Shown: positions 28,060-37,553, counted from the first letter of the stretch. The stretch: DNA of 64,000 nucleotides from an uncultured virus (IMG/VR IMGVR_UViG_3300009376_000002) (IMGVR_UViG_3300009376_000002), one strand, 5' to 3'. The notes: generated from the sequence alone by a model not told the origin. Numbers and translations are program-made.

Positions 28060-29976
28060 ATGTCTAAGTTTTCACTCGAAACGCTAGCCGAAGGAATTCG
28101 GTCGCGTCACATGGGTGAGGAGAACTCCCGCTTGGTCGAAAAGTGGTCTCGCACCGGTCTGCTCCGCGGCCTGGAATCAACAAAGCGCGAAAACATGGCG
28201 CGCCTTCTTGAGAACCAGACTGCAGAGCTTCTTCGTGAGCAAAGCACAATCGGCACAGGCGGCGGAGCTGGCACCGCTTCTGGTGACCTTCGCGGTTTCT
28301 CCAATATCGCCTTTCCAATCGTTCGTCGTGTATTCGGCGGACTTGTCGCAAATGAGCTGGTATCCATCCAGCCCATGAGCTTGCCTTCTGGCCTGCTCTT
28401 TTATCTTGACTACACCTACGGTTCTAACGTTGGTGGTGACGCATCTCTCACAACGGGCGATGCAGGAACCTACGACAAAGAAACGTATCAGCGTGGTCAA
28501 TCCATCTATAACAACCCAACTGGCAAGGGCGTACGCTCTGGTTCATTGGCAACAGGCGGTCAGTATGACTTGGTCGGTGCAACTTACTCTAAGGTGCACA
28601 GCTCCTCGATCTCACCAACCGTTATGTTTGCTGGTGCACACGGTGCAAACTCATCCTTGACATCCGGTTCGTTGTGCCATGCCACAGGTTCAGATGCTAA
28701 GTTGCTCCAATTCGATCCTCAAGTTCTTGACTTGATCGAAAACGATCCCGGTCTTGACGGTGATGGACGCTTCTGCATCGTCATTGTGGACGTCACTGAT
28801 GCACCCTTTAACAATGTCGATCTTACGAACGCCAAGGACATTTCCTTGTTCTCAGCAGTTCCTGAGGTTCGTACAGGTGTTAAAGAGCTTGGTGCTAGCT
28901 TCCAGGGCGGCAAAGGTATTCTTAACCTCCGTCGCTTGAACCAGCTTGGTACGTTTGCGAACAACAAGTTTACCGCAGATCCCATGGTAACAAGAAGCAC
29001 ATCAAATGCTGCTCTCTTGACAGTTATGTCTGGTAACTTCAGCGGTAAAATTGATGCCGGTGATGCTGCTACAGCATACCTCTCAGCATCATATGCCATT
29101 GGCCCAACATTGAATGTAGAAGACGGTTCTGGTTCTACCCTTACCATTCCTTCATTCGAATCTGATTTCGGTACTACACCTTCACCAGTGATCCCTGAAA
29201 TCGACATTAAGGTTGAGTCCATCGCAGTTACAGCTGCTACACGCAAGCTGAGAGCTCGTTGGTCGCCAGAATTGGCACAGGACCTTAACGCATACCACAG
29301 CCTTGACGCTGAGGTTGAGTTGACACAGATCCTTTCTGAGCAAGTTGCTCTTGAAATCGATCGTGAAATCCTGAATGACCTGCTTAGCGAAGCCCAGGGC
29401 GCAAACCTTTACTGGTCACGTGCTCCAGGCAAGTTCCTGAACAAGGAAACAGGCGCCGAAGTTAAGTTGAATGACAGCTTATCTGCAGGTCCTCGTTTCA
29501 CAGGCACAGTTCGCGAATGGTACGAGACCCTGGTCGAGTCCGTTATCGATGTTGCTAACACCATCCACCGCAAGACACTCCGTGGTTCCGCGAACTTCGT
29601 GGTCACCTCTCCGGATGTCTGCACAATGTTCGAAGCTTCAGTGATGTATCGCCCAAGCCTCAGCATTGACAGCGAAGGTCAGGTTTCCTCCCCATTCAGC
29701 CTCGGTGCTGAAAAGGTTGGTACCTTGAGCAACCGCTTTACGGTCTACAAGGACCCATACTTCCCTCGCAACAAGATTCTTGTTGGTTATAAGGGTGGTA
29801 GCTACCTTGAGACAGGATACGTTTATGCTCCGTATGTTCCGCTGATCGTCACACCAACGATCTTCGCGCCAGAAGACTTCACCCCTCGTAAGGGCGTGAT
29901 GACTCGCTACGGCAAGAAGATGGTTCGCGCTGACTTCTACGGTACCGTTACGGTTGCTGACTTGAACGTCATCTAA
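28060..29976 (+). CDS. Major capsid protein (T4 gp23-like)
   Basis: FPIVRRVF, VSIQPMSLPSGLLFYLD, TRKLRARWSPELAQDLNAYH, LEIDREI, YAPYVPL, FTPRKGVMTRYG. Confidence 0.96.
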   Translation: MSKFSLETLAEGIRSRHMGEENSRLVEKWSRTGLLRGLESTKRENMARLLENQTAELLREQSTIGTGGGAGTASGDLRGFSNIAFPIVRRVFGGLVANELVSIQPMSLPSGLLFYLDYTYGSNVGGDASLTTGDAGTYDKETYQRGQSIYNNPTGKGVRSGSLATGGQYDLVGATYSKVHSSSISPTVMFAGAHGANSSLTSGSLCHATGSDAKLLQFDPQVLDLIENDPGLDGDGRFCIVIVDVTDAPFNNVDLTNAKDISLFSAVPEVRTGVKELGASFQGGKGILNLRRLNQLGTFANNKFTADPMVTRSTSNAALLTVMSGNFSGKIDAGDAATAYLSASYAIGPTLNVEDGSGSTLTIPSFESDFGTTPSPVIPEIDIKVESIAVTAATRKLRARWSPELAQDLNAYHSLDAEVELTQILSEQVALEIDREILNDLLSEAQGANLYWSRAPGKFLNKETGAEVKLNDSLSAGPRFTGTVREWYETLVESVIDVANTIHRKTLRGSANFVVTSPDVCTMFEASVMYRPSLSIDSEGQVSSPFSLGAEKVGTLSNRFTVYKDPYFPRNKILVGYKGGSYLETGYVYAPYVPLIVTPTIFAPEDFTPRKGVMTRYGKKMVRADFYGTVTVADLNVI

Positions 29977-29985
29977 GCGACAATA

Positions 29986-29999
29986 GAAACTTCGGTTTC
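29986..29999 (+). other. cUUCGg tetraloop hairpin after the capsid stop codon
   Basis: GAAAC-TTCG-GTTTC. Confidence 0.65.
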
Positions 30000-30002
30000 A
30001 TG

Positions 30003-30034
30003 AAGGGGAGTCCGAAAGGGCTCCCCTTTTTTTT
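30003..30034 (+). terminator. Rho-independent terminator after major capsid gene
   Basis: GGGGAGTCC-GAAA-GGGCTCCCC followed by a T8 tract. Confidence 0.9.
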
Positions 30035-30068
30035 GTCTCTTTATTTCCTTAAGATTCCAGCACGGGAA

Positions 30069-30167
30069 CATATCTAATAGTAGGCCCGTCACATTGCATA
30101 AGGGTGAACTCGCCACCGTGCCGGAATCATGCGAACAAAATAAAGGAGAAAATTATGCCAAAGGTTA
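30069..30167 (+). repeat. 99-bp perfect direct repeat, copy 1 (promoter motif + structured leader + RBS + first codons)
   Basis: Identical to 30612-30710: catatctaatagtaggcccgtcacattgcataagggtgaactcgccaccgtgccggaatcatgcgaacaaaataaaggagaaaattatgccaaaggtta. Confidence 0.95.
30083..30136 (+). ncRNA. Candidate pseudoknotted 5'-leader RNA, copy 1
   Basis: Pairings by eye: CCGUCAC/GUGCCGG (6 of 7 bp), UUGCAU/AUGCGA crossing it, inner hairpin GGUG-AACU-CGCC. Confidence 0.45.
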
Positions 30168-30523
30168 TTATTTCTGATGATAAAGGTCTGAACCAAACCG
30201 CAGGTTCGGGGCTGGAGTCTAGGAGCGCTCACTATAGTAGCTACGGGACTACTACAGCTTTAGCAACAGGTTCTTTCCCGCTTCTTCCTGCGGGAATAGT
30301 AAACACTGTTGACAGCACTAACAACGCACATGGTGTTAGATTGCCCAACGCTGCAGGAGCAGGTCAGATCATGATCGTTAGAAATGTAGACAGTGCTCAG
30401 GACTGCGTTATTAGAAATCAAGCTGAGACAGGTGCCATCCTTGTCACGCTCGGCGAAGGTAAGACTGCTCTTTTCGTAAGTACAGCTTCTGGAAATAACT
30501 GGTCTGGAAGTCAGCTCGACTAA
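30155..30523 (+). CDS. Small putative capsid decoration/fibre protein, paralog A (122 aa)
   Basis: AAGGAG RBS then ATG 30155 (MPKVIISDDKGLNQTAGSG); follows the capsid gene; beta-rich, small-residue composition. Confidence 0.65.
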   Translation: MPKVIISDDKGLNQTAGSGLESRSAHYSSYGTTTALATGSFPLLPAGIVNTVDSTNNAHGVRLPNAAGAGQIMIVRNVDSAQDCVIRNQAETGAILVTLGEGKTALFVSTASGNNWSGSQLD

Positions 30524-30551
30524 AAGAAAACTCAAAAGTGTTATTGCAATC

Positions 30552-30577
30552 AAGGTGCTCAATCGAGCACCTTTTTT
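30552..30577 (+). terminator. Rho-independent terminator
   Basis: AAGGTGCTC-AATC-GAGCACCTT then T tract. Confidence 0.85.
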
Positions 30578-30611
30578 GTTTGAATATTTTCTTCTTTTTT
30601 AAGATCTTCCC

Positions 30612-30710
30612 CATATCTAATAGTAGGCCCGTCACATTGCATAAGGGTGAACTCGCCACCGTGCCGGAATCATGCGAACAAAATAAAGGAGAAAATTATG
30701 CCAAAGGTTA
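30612..30710 (+). repeat. 99-bp perfect direct repeat, copy 2
   Basis: Identical to 30069-30167, offset 543 bp. Confidence 0.95.
30626..30679 (+). ncRNA. Candidate pseudoknotted 5'-leader RNA, copy 2
   Basis: Same sequence and pairings as 30083-30136. Confidence 0.45.
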
Positions 30711-31144
30711 CGTATTCAGATTCGAAGGGGCTCGTCCAGACGTCAGGTGCTGGGATGGCTCTAACCGGCTTCATGCATGGTCAAAAATGCCCACAGAAGT
30801 CGGTAACAAGCACAGACACGCTTACTGTTGAAGACAGTGGCAAGTTAATTACCCTGACGGGATCAGCATTTACTTTGTCGCTGCCCAGTGTCTCAGCGGC
30901 AAAAGGATGCCACTATACGATCGTTGCTGGTCAAGCTGCGAATTATGTCCTTTCTGAGCTCGTCGGAACTGACGACAACGTTTTGACGATGGTAAGCGTA
31001 AATGCGTCTGCTACTGAAAGAGATCACGCTTTTACCACAGCTACTCTGAGTGGCGGAGCTATCGGAGACAGGTTTTACGCCGTCTCTAACGGAACTTGGT
31101 GGGTCATCACGGCCTTCGCCAATGCTGCCGTAGCCGCCGCATAA
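30698..31144 (+). CDS. Small putative capsid decoration/fibre protein, paralog B (148 aa)
   Basis: AAGGAG RBS then ATG 30698 (MPKVTYSDSKGLVQTSGAG); TLTVEDSGKLI...TLSLP...SNGTWWVI fibre/decoration-like pattern. Confidence 0.65.
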   Translation: MPKVTYSDSKGLVQTSGAGMALTGFMHGQKCPQKSVTSTDTLTVEDSGKLITLTGSAFTLSLPSVSAAKGCHYTIVAGQAANYVLSELVGTDDNVLTMVSVNASATERDHAFTTATLSGGAIGDRFYAVSNGTWWVITAFANAAVAAA

Positions 31145-31189
31145 TATAGTGGTTGACAGCTAAGACTTAGTACTGTCACACTAGAAGAG

Positions 31190-31222
31190 AAAGGCGCCCC
31201 CAAGTGGGGCGCCTTTTTTTTT
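31190..31222 (+). terminator. Rho-independent terminator
   Basis: AAAGGCGCCCC-CAAGT-GGGGCGCCTTT plus T tract; preceded by another imperfect hairpin at 31147-31183. Confidence 0.9.
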
Positions 31223-31292
31223 GTTCGTTTTTTCGTCTAGACCTAAGTCTCGTGACTTCATACTTATACTGTGAGAGTTTCTGGAGAGCCTT

Positions 31293-32465
31293 GTGGCAAC
31301 ATTCGCTAATACAACTAACCCAACACCATTCGGTGCTTTTGATAGTGACTCAGAGTTTCAATCTGAAGCAGACAAGATGGTTACTTTTGTTAAGAGGAAG
31401 CTCGGAGATGACATTCTGTCTGTCGAGTTGACCAAAAAGCAGATCTGGGCTTGTTTCGAAGAATCTTTCTTCCAGTACGGGCAGATTGTTAATGAATACC
31501 AAGCTAGGTCACAATTATCGACTTTTTTAGGGACTTCAACTGGAAGCATGTCGGGATCTGAGCAAAAGTTCCCGCATGAGACACTGCAGTTCTTAGAGAG
31601 GATGGCAGAGCCCTATGCCTTTGAAGCAGGTGTAGGAGGCTCGTACGACTCAGTCTCAGGATCGATTCAGCTAATCAAAGGCCAGCAAGATTATGACATT
31701 TACGATAAGCTACAAGATGATTCTGGAAATTTGTTGTATTCTTCGTCTCTCAATACCTACAGTTCCAAAATGAAGATTCAAGAAGTTTTCCACTTCAATC
31801 CCCAAGCAGCATATCGATTCTTCGATACAACCTCAGCTATCAATTACCTTAATAATGAATTTTCTTTTGAGTCTTTCACCCCGGAAACTATCTTTTATGT
31901 TCTCCCTGTTTTTGAAGATATCTTGAGGGCAGGGCAAATGGATGTTTCCCACCGTGTACGAAGATCTAATTATTCTTTTAAGGTGATCGGAACCAAGATA
32001 AGAATCTACCCAACGCCTTCAGGAGATCAGACTAATCGAAAACTATGGATAAGAGTGGCATTTGCACCTGACCCCCTTAACCCCTCTTACGGGGATGATA
32101 CAATATACGGTGTATCCAATTTATCCAATGTTCCCTTTGGAGATCTTACTTATTCTAACGTAAATTCAATAGGTCGTCAATGGGTAAGGCAGTATGCACT
32201 TTCTCTTTCTACAGAGCTTCTGGGCCTGGTAAGATCTAAGTTCAAATCTTTACCAATACCAAATGCAGATATCCAGCTTGATGGAGATAATCTGATATCA
32301 CAGGGAAGAGAAGATAAGAAAGAGCTGGTTACAAAGCTCCGTGAGATGCTTGATTCTCTGACGTATGATAAGATTATTGAGATGAACGCTATCAAGGCCG
32401 AGAATATACAGAAACAACTTAGAACCATTCCGATACCTAACGGTAATGCAATTACAATGGGTTAG
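31293..32465 (+). CDS. Neck/head-tail adaptor protein (T4 gp13-like)
   Basis: FVKRKLG...VELTKKQI N-terminus; WVRQYAL...LGLVRSKF..LPIP...LDG C-terminus; position after capsid; GTG start with GGAG. Confidence 0.8.
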   Translation: MATFANTTNPTPFGAFDSDSEFQSEADKMVTFVKRKLGDDILSVELTKKQIWACFEESFFQYGQIVNEYQARSQLSTFLGTSTGSMSGSEQKFPHETLQFLERMAEPYAFEAGVGGSYDSVSGSIQLIKGQQDYDIYDKLQDDSGNLLYSSSLNTYSSKMKIQEVFHFNPQAAYRFFDTTSAINYLNNEFSFESFTPETIFYVLPVFEDILRAGQMDVSHRVRRSNYSFKVIGTKIRIYPTPSGDQTNRKLWIRVAFAPDPLNPSYGDDTIYGVSNLSNVPFGDLTYSNVNSIGRQWVRQYALSLSTELLGLVRSKFKSLPIPNADIQLDGDNLISQGREDKKELVTKLREMLDSLTYDKIIEMNAIKAENIQKQLRTIPIPNGNAITMG

Positions 32466-32475
32466 GGAGAGATAG

Positions 32476-33138
32476 TTGGGACGCCTTTTTATAACGCCAA
32501 GAGAGATTGATCTTGTAAATGATCTAACCAAAGAGATCATCAAGGATGTAGTCGGTCAAAAGATTTACTACTACTCTATATCTGCAGCCAAAACCAAGAT
32601 CAGCACGCTTTATGATGAAGCACCAGAAAAGATTTTTGAGACCCCCTTGGAGTTGGACTGCTTAGTAGATTACCAAGAACCAACTTTCAAAACTGACAAG
32701 TACGGACCAGAAAAGACCCAAAATATTGAGGTGTTTATCCAGTCTAGAGATTTACTGGATAAGGAAATTAATATTCTCGTAGGAGACTTTTTCACTTACG
32801 GGACAGTCATATTTGAAATAACGTCAGTGACGACAACAAGAAATCTTTTTGGTCAGATTGAGCACAGTGACGGAATTAAGCTTATTGGCAAGCAAAGCCG
32901 CAAGCAGGTTTTCTTCACTAAGGTGCTTGGACCAACAGATGAGGAATACTCAGATCCTGATGCTGTGCAAGATACATTTGTCCAGCAACGTGGGTTTAAA
33001 GATAATGAGCTTGGGCCTACGGGTGATGTTCGATCATTGAGAGAAAAAGGTGTCCTTGCTGATCCTATCACAGGTCCTAAGCAGGTCTCTGAAAAGGGTG
33101 ACCCGCAGGATGTGGGATCTGCTTTCTATGACGAGTAA
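32476..33138 (+). CDS. Head closure/neck protein (T4 gp14-like)
   Basis: GQKIYYY...LYDEA...VGDF pattern; between adaptor and tail terminator. Confidence 0.65.
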   Translation: MGRLFITPREIDLVNDLTKEIIKDVVGQKIYYYSISAAKTKISTLYDEAPEKIFETPLELDCLVDYQEPTFKTDKYGPEKTQNIEVFIQSRDLLDKEINILVGDFFTYGTVIFEITSVTTTRNLFGQIEHSDGIKLIGKQSRKQVFFTKVLGPTDEEYSDPDAVQDTFVQQRGFKDNELGPTGDVRSLREKGVLADPITGPKQVSEKGDPQDVGSAFYDE

Positions 33139-33143
33139 ATAAA

Positions 33144-34355
33144 ATGACTGTAAGACAATCAATTACGAATCCATCTCTCAATCCTGCGAATAAGCAGGAT
33201 AGAATTAATTCTGGGCTAGAGGGACAAAACATTCCTGATGATTTTTATCTTCCTCCGTGCGGCCTAGAGGATATCGATCGAGCGCTCTTTGATCTCTTTG
33301 ACAAAGAAATACAGTTTGCTATTACACAAAATAATGAAACTAGAAAAGTACCAGTAGTCTTCGCGACGGGAGAAAGATTCGCTCTTATTAAGCGGAATGA
33401 GCCAATCAGAGATGAAAACGAGGCTCTGATTTTACCCCTCATATCCATACGCAGAACTGGCATCGACCAGGCTGCAGGCTTTGAAAGGCTTGCAGACACG
33501 GGTGACCTGGTTATTAAAAGAAGATTAAGCAAAAGAGATCCCATTTATCAAAACCTAGTAAATCCAAAAAATATTAGAAACCAAGATAATGTGAGATCCG
33601 AGGAGCATAATGCAAATGCTACCAATCCTATCTCCGCTAAGCCGGGCACTGTTAATTCTCGACGCCTCCCTGTAAAAACAGCCTCAGGAGGGCCAGTTCT
33701 TTCTAATTCTCTTGATTCTCATCACATCTATGAGATCATTACCATACCTTTTCCTCATTTCATTAACGTGAGTTACGAGGTGACATTCTGGACATCTTAC
33801 ACTCTACATATGAATAACATGATTGAGAAGCTCGTGGGATCTTACACGGGCAACAGAAATCAATTTAAGATAACTTCCGATAAGGGGTACTGGTTCGTAG
33901 CGTACCCAGACAATACAGTCACAAATCAAGATAACTTTGATGACTTCACCAACGATGAAAGAATTGTAAGGTATAGCTTTAACATGCAGGTACCAGCTTA
34001 CATCGTCGCATCAGAAAACTCAGGCGATATGCGACCATTCAGGAAGTTTGTATCTGCTCCTGATCTCGCATTCGAGGTATTCACAGCAAATGCGCCAATC
34101 GTCCAACATCCTCCTGGATTACCCGATCCTACGGGCGATATCGATCAATTTATTTTAAGCGATGTCAACAATATAAACTCTGCCGGAGATATCGTTGAGA
34201 ATGATCGATTATCGTACTTAAAAGCCCAGGCTAGAATAAGAAATCCTTTCACTGACGAGGATGAAATTGAGTATTTAAAAGTGCTCACTCAGAACCAAAG
34301 ACAGGGCGAGACAGTTGTCAGCGCCCGGATAGTTACCAAGATCGAAGATCTGTAA
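33144..34355 (+). CDS. Tail terminator/sheath stabiliser (T4 gp15-like)
   Basis: KVPVVFATGER, LPLISIRRTGI, P..INVSYEVTFWT; directly before the sheath. Confidence 0.7.
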   Translation: MTVRQSITNPSLNPANKQDRINSGLEGQNIPDDFYLPPCGLEDIDRALFDLFDKEIQFAITQNNETRKVPVVFATGERFALIKRNEPIRDENEALILPLISIRRTGIDQAAGFERLADTGDLVIKRRLSKRDPIYQNLVNPKNIRNQDNVRSEEHNANATNPISAKPGTVNSRRLPVKTASGGPVLSNSLDSHHIYEIITIPFPHFINVSYEVTFWTSYTLHMNNMIEKLVGSYTGNRNQFKITSDKGYWFVAYPDNTVTNQDNFDDFTNDERIVRYSFNMQVPAYIVASENSGDMRPFRKFVSAPDLAFEVFTANAPIVQHPPGLPDPTGDIDQFILSDVNNINSAGDIVENDRLSYLKAQARIRNPFTDEDEIEYLKVLTQNQRQGETVVSARIVTKIEDL

Positions 34356-34378
34356 GGTGATATTTGGCAGAAAGAAGC

Positions 34379-34385
34379 ATATTTA
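34379..34385 (+). promoter_or_regulatory. Putative late promoter motif ATANTTA (representative copy)
   Basis: Recurs in intergenic gaps at 18894, 20981, 25249, 26578, 31260, 34379, 37557, 40717, 42423, 53280, 63556; variant ATATCTA at 30070 and 30613. Confidence 0.7.
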
Positions 34386-34421
34386 TAGGCGTGCATAAGA
34401 GTCCTGTAGGAGACTGAACAT

Positions 34422-37400
34422 ATGGCTGAACAGACTTTTAGATCTCCCGGATTCTTTGAGCAAGAGGTTGACTTAACACAGAGAGTTCAATCACCAACGG
34501 GAACTCCGGCAGGAGTAGTTGGTACTGCTCAGAGAGGTCCGGCATTTGTTCCTGTGACCGTCGGGTCTTTTGTAGATTTCCAGACTAAGTTTGGTAATCT
34601 TGATTCCAAAAGATTCGGCCCGTACGCAGTTAACGAATTTCTCAAGAATAGAGATGCTGTTACGTACGTGCGCGTTCTCGGCGCCGGCGCAAATGATGAG
34701 ACAGAAGAAATTAATACTACCCGTGTGCAAGGAAGCGTGAAAAATGCAGGCTTCAAGATCACACCAATTACAACAGATAAAAGGCTCGGTCTTTCTACGA
34801 CACATATCCTTGCTGCTAAACACCACATTTCTGCATCAGAACAATATGGATTCCCAATTTTCACACATAACGATTCATATAATTCATCTGCAGATGCCAA
34901 TCTGGTAAGAGCAGTTATCTTCACTACAACAGACTCCAGAGTTGGTGTGTTGAGTGCATCTTTCGATGGCACCGACATGAGCGCTGCTTTTTGTAAGTCA
35001 GGCGGAGATGCTCTTGCAACGATCGGAACGTCAGGAGACTTAAAAGACAAGTTCAAGTTGTTTATCTCCTCATCTGATACTTCATTTGCAACAACCGACG
35101 GTCAACCGGGCATGAGGATTCTTACTGCTTCTCTTGATCCGAGGAACAAGAATTACATTAGAAATATTCTAAATACAGATCCTGCTCAATTCTCAACTCA
35201 AAAGCATCTTCTTTATGCTGCATTTGATGTTGAATACTGCCTGGCATCAATTTCTTCTGATGCTAATTCGGTAGGAATGCTTTCAGGATCAGCCGTGGTC
35301 TCTAATGACAATGCGGCAGGTGAAAGCTTCTTGACGGCGTTTGGTAGATACGACACCAGATACAACACGCCAAAAACAACAGATTTTATCTCCCAGCCTT
35401 TCGGCACAACAGAGTATCCTCTCTTTAGTTTTGAAACTATTGACGACGGTGCCTTTGCTGCAGGCAAATATAAGATTTCTATAGCAAACATTCGCGGGTC
35501 CCTTGACGAGAATAATCCGTACGGAACCTTCACAGTCCAGGTCCGAGCTTACAGTGACAATGACAAGTCGAAGGAAGTCTTGGAAGAATACCCACAATGC
35601 GATCTTAATCCTAATTCCGAGAAGTTTATAGGGAGAATGATCGGGGATAAAAAAGCATTCTTTAACTTTGATGCTGAGCTTGAATCAGAGAGAAAAGTAA
35701 CTGTATCGGGCAAATACCCTAATATGTCAAACGTCGTTCGAGTCGTACTCAGCGACGATGTTGTCAACGGAAATGTCCCAGCAGAAGCCTTACCTTTTGG
35801 TTTCAAGGGAATCCCAGCCCTTAAGACGAATGATAAGCTTGATGACTTTACCTCGCAGGCTGAAGTCGGATATCGCCTTGGAGGAAGAATTGGCAACGCT
35901 GCAACAGCCCTTCTCCAGGCATCGATTCTGCCGCCTGTCCCTTACACGTTTAAGTCGACAAACGGAGCAGTTAAAGACGGATCCGTTTTCTTCGTCGGCC
36001 AACAGGGAACCCAAGAAACAGTAGACAATAGAATCTACTGGGGTGCTAAAACAACTATGCTTGCAGCAGACAAGAGCGTCCAAAGTTCAGGTATTACGAA
36101 CTCTGCCCTTAAGTCAAATGCAGGAACTTCTGTGAACCTAGGTTTAAAAGATCAAGCCAAGTTCCTCGGCATTTCGAAAATGGATGTGTTGCTGACAGGA
36201 TCCCAGATCATTCCTGCCAAGGCAGGCGATCGCAAGACATTCAATAACAATAAGTTTACCCTCGCCCGCGTCGCACTTTCCCGACAGGCAGGACTTTCCG
36301 ATACAGGGGCTTACACAGATACTGAGATCACAGGAACTATCGGTTCCAACATGCTTGAAGCAGCATACATTCGTGATGCCTATGTTGATCCCACCACTTA
36401 CACAGTTTCTGACGGAACAAGGCTTAACAGAATTACATTCGCAACCCTGCTAAACCAGACGTCTTCTGTAACGTTTAATAAGTTCACGGATTACATGAAG
36501 TTTACTAACGTTTTCCACGGCGGATTCGATGGCCTTAACATCTTAGATAAGAACGCTACCAGAATGAACGATAAGTCGATTTCCCTTGATACGGGTGGTG
36601 GCGCTAATTCATCATTTACGTCTCCTGGCATGGCATCGAATATGGCAGGAGCAGGCAAAGATAACAATGCCGTTCGATCTTATAGAGCTGCCATCGACGT
36701 AATGACAGATAGGTTTGCTTCTAATATTAATATTCTGTCTATTCCAGGCGTGAGAGAAACATTTGTAACAGATCATGCAATAGACAAGGTCAAGGATTTT
36801 GGGCAAGCCCTCTACTTGATGGATATACCTGAATATGATAGCGACGGAAACAGGCTGTACGATGATTCAACAAATCGCCCAAGCGTTTCCAAGACCATCG
36901 CGAATTTCGAGGCACGTACTATTGATAGCAATACAACGGCAACGTATTTTCCAGGTGTGATTATCACGGATGATAGCAACGGATCAAGCGTTAATGTTCC
37001 TCCCTCTATAGCAGCCTTAGCTGCTCTAGGATTTAATGATCGGGTAAGCTTCCCGTGGTTCGCACCTGCAGGATTCAATCGAGGATCACTTGATTTTGTC
37101 CAGAATGTGGATGTTCGACTCTCTGCGGGAGACAGGGATTCGCTTTATGATGCACGAATTAATCCTATTGCTACTTTCCCACAGCAAGGATTCGTGATCT
37201 TTGGGCAAAAAACCCTGCAGATGGCAAAATCTGCGCTGGATAGAGTTAACGTAAGAAGAATGCTTCTTGAGGTTAAACGAATAGTTTCGCAAGTGGCAAA
37301 TGGATTTGTTTTTGAACAGAACACTCCTGCACTAAGAGCTAAATTTATTGCTGATGTATCACCTTTGCTTGCAGTAGTTCAGGCACAGAGTGGGATTGAG

Positions 37401-37553
37401 CAATTCAAAGTTGTAATGGATGACTCTAACAACACCGCTGACGATATTGAGTCTAATAGGCTGAATGGACGCATTGTGATTGTCCCGACAAGAAGTATTG
37501 AGTTTATATCAATTGACTTCGTCATAACAAATGCCGGCGTAAGCTTTGAGTAG
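34422..37553 (+). CDS. Tail sheath protein 1 (gp18-like)
   Basis: FRSPGFFEQEVD, GTAQRGPAFVP, WFAPAGFNRG, LYDARINPI, GQKT, LDRVNVRRML, PTRSIEFI. Confidence 0.95.
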   Translation: MAEQTFRSPGFFEQEVDLTQRVQSPTGTPAGVVGTAQRGPAFVPVTVGSFVDFQTKFGNLDSKRFGPYAVNEFLKNRDAVTYVRVLGAGANDETEEINTTRVQGSVKNAGFKITPITTDKRLGLSTTHILAAKHHISASEQYGFPIFTHNDSYNSSADANLVRAVIFTTTDSRVGVLSASFDGTDMSAAFCKSGGDALATIGTSGDLKDKFKLFISSSDTSFATTDGQPGMRILTASLDPRNKNYIRNILNTDPAQFSTQKHLLYAAFDVEYCLASISSDANSVGMLSGSAVVSNDNAAGESFLTAFGRYDTRYNTPKTTDFISQPFGTTEYPLFSFETIDDGAFAAGKYKISIANIRGSLDENNPYGTFTVQVRAYSDNDKSKEVLEEYPQCDLNPNSEKFIGRMIGDKKAFFNFDAELESERKVTVSGKYPNMSNVVRVVLSDDVVNGNVPAEALPFGFKGIPALKTNDKLDDFTSQAEVGYRLGGRIGNAATALLQASILPPVPYTFKSTNGAVKDGSVFFVGQQGTQETVDNRIYWGAKTTMLAADKSVQSSGITNSALKSNAGTSVNLGLKDQAKFLGISKMDVLLTGSQIIPAKAGDRKTFNNNKFTLARVALSRQAGLSDTGAYTDTEITGTIGSNMLEAAYIRDAYVDPTTYTVSDGTRLNRITFATLLNQTSSVTFNKFTDYMKFTNVFHGGFDGLNILDKNATRMNDKSISLDTGGGANSSFTSPGMASNMAGAGKDNNAVRSYRAAIDVMTDRFASNINILSIPGVRETFVTDHAIDKVKDFGQALYLMDIPEYDSDGNRLYDDSTNRPSVSKTIANFEARTIDSNTTATYFPGVIITDDSNGSSVNVPPSIAALAALGFNDRVSFPWFAPAGFNRGSLDFVQNVDVRLSAGDRDSLYDARINPIATFPQQGFVIFGQKTLQMAKSALDRVNVRRMLLEVKRIVSQVANGFVFEQNTPALRAKFIADVSPLLAVVQAQSGIEQFKVVMDDSNNTADDIESNRLNGRIVIVPTRSIEFISIDFVITNAGVSFE

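Noticed and set aside
30083..30140. Confident call as an HDV-like/theta ribozyme
   Set aside because: L3 begins AAC instead of UCC/UUC, no P2 strand abuts P3, and the GCGAA segment cannot serve as both J4/2 and P2. Kept only as a resemblance.
30104..30154. ORF-track GTG starts at 30104 and 30647 giving identical MNSPPCRNHANKIKEKI leaders
   Set aside because: These translate the non-coding repeat; the AAGGAG-ATG pairs at 30155 and 30698 are the credible starts.
30069..30710. 99-bp repeat as a CRISPR array, att site or transposon end
   Set aside because: Only two copies, too long for CRISPR repeats, contains RBS and start codon, and no cas, integrase or transposase gene is present.
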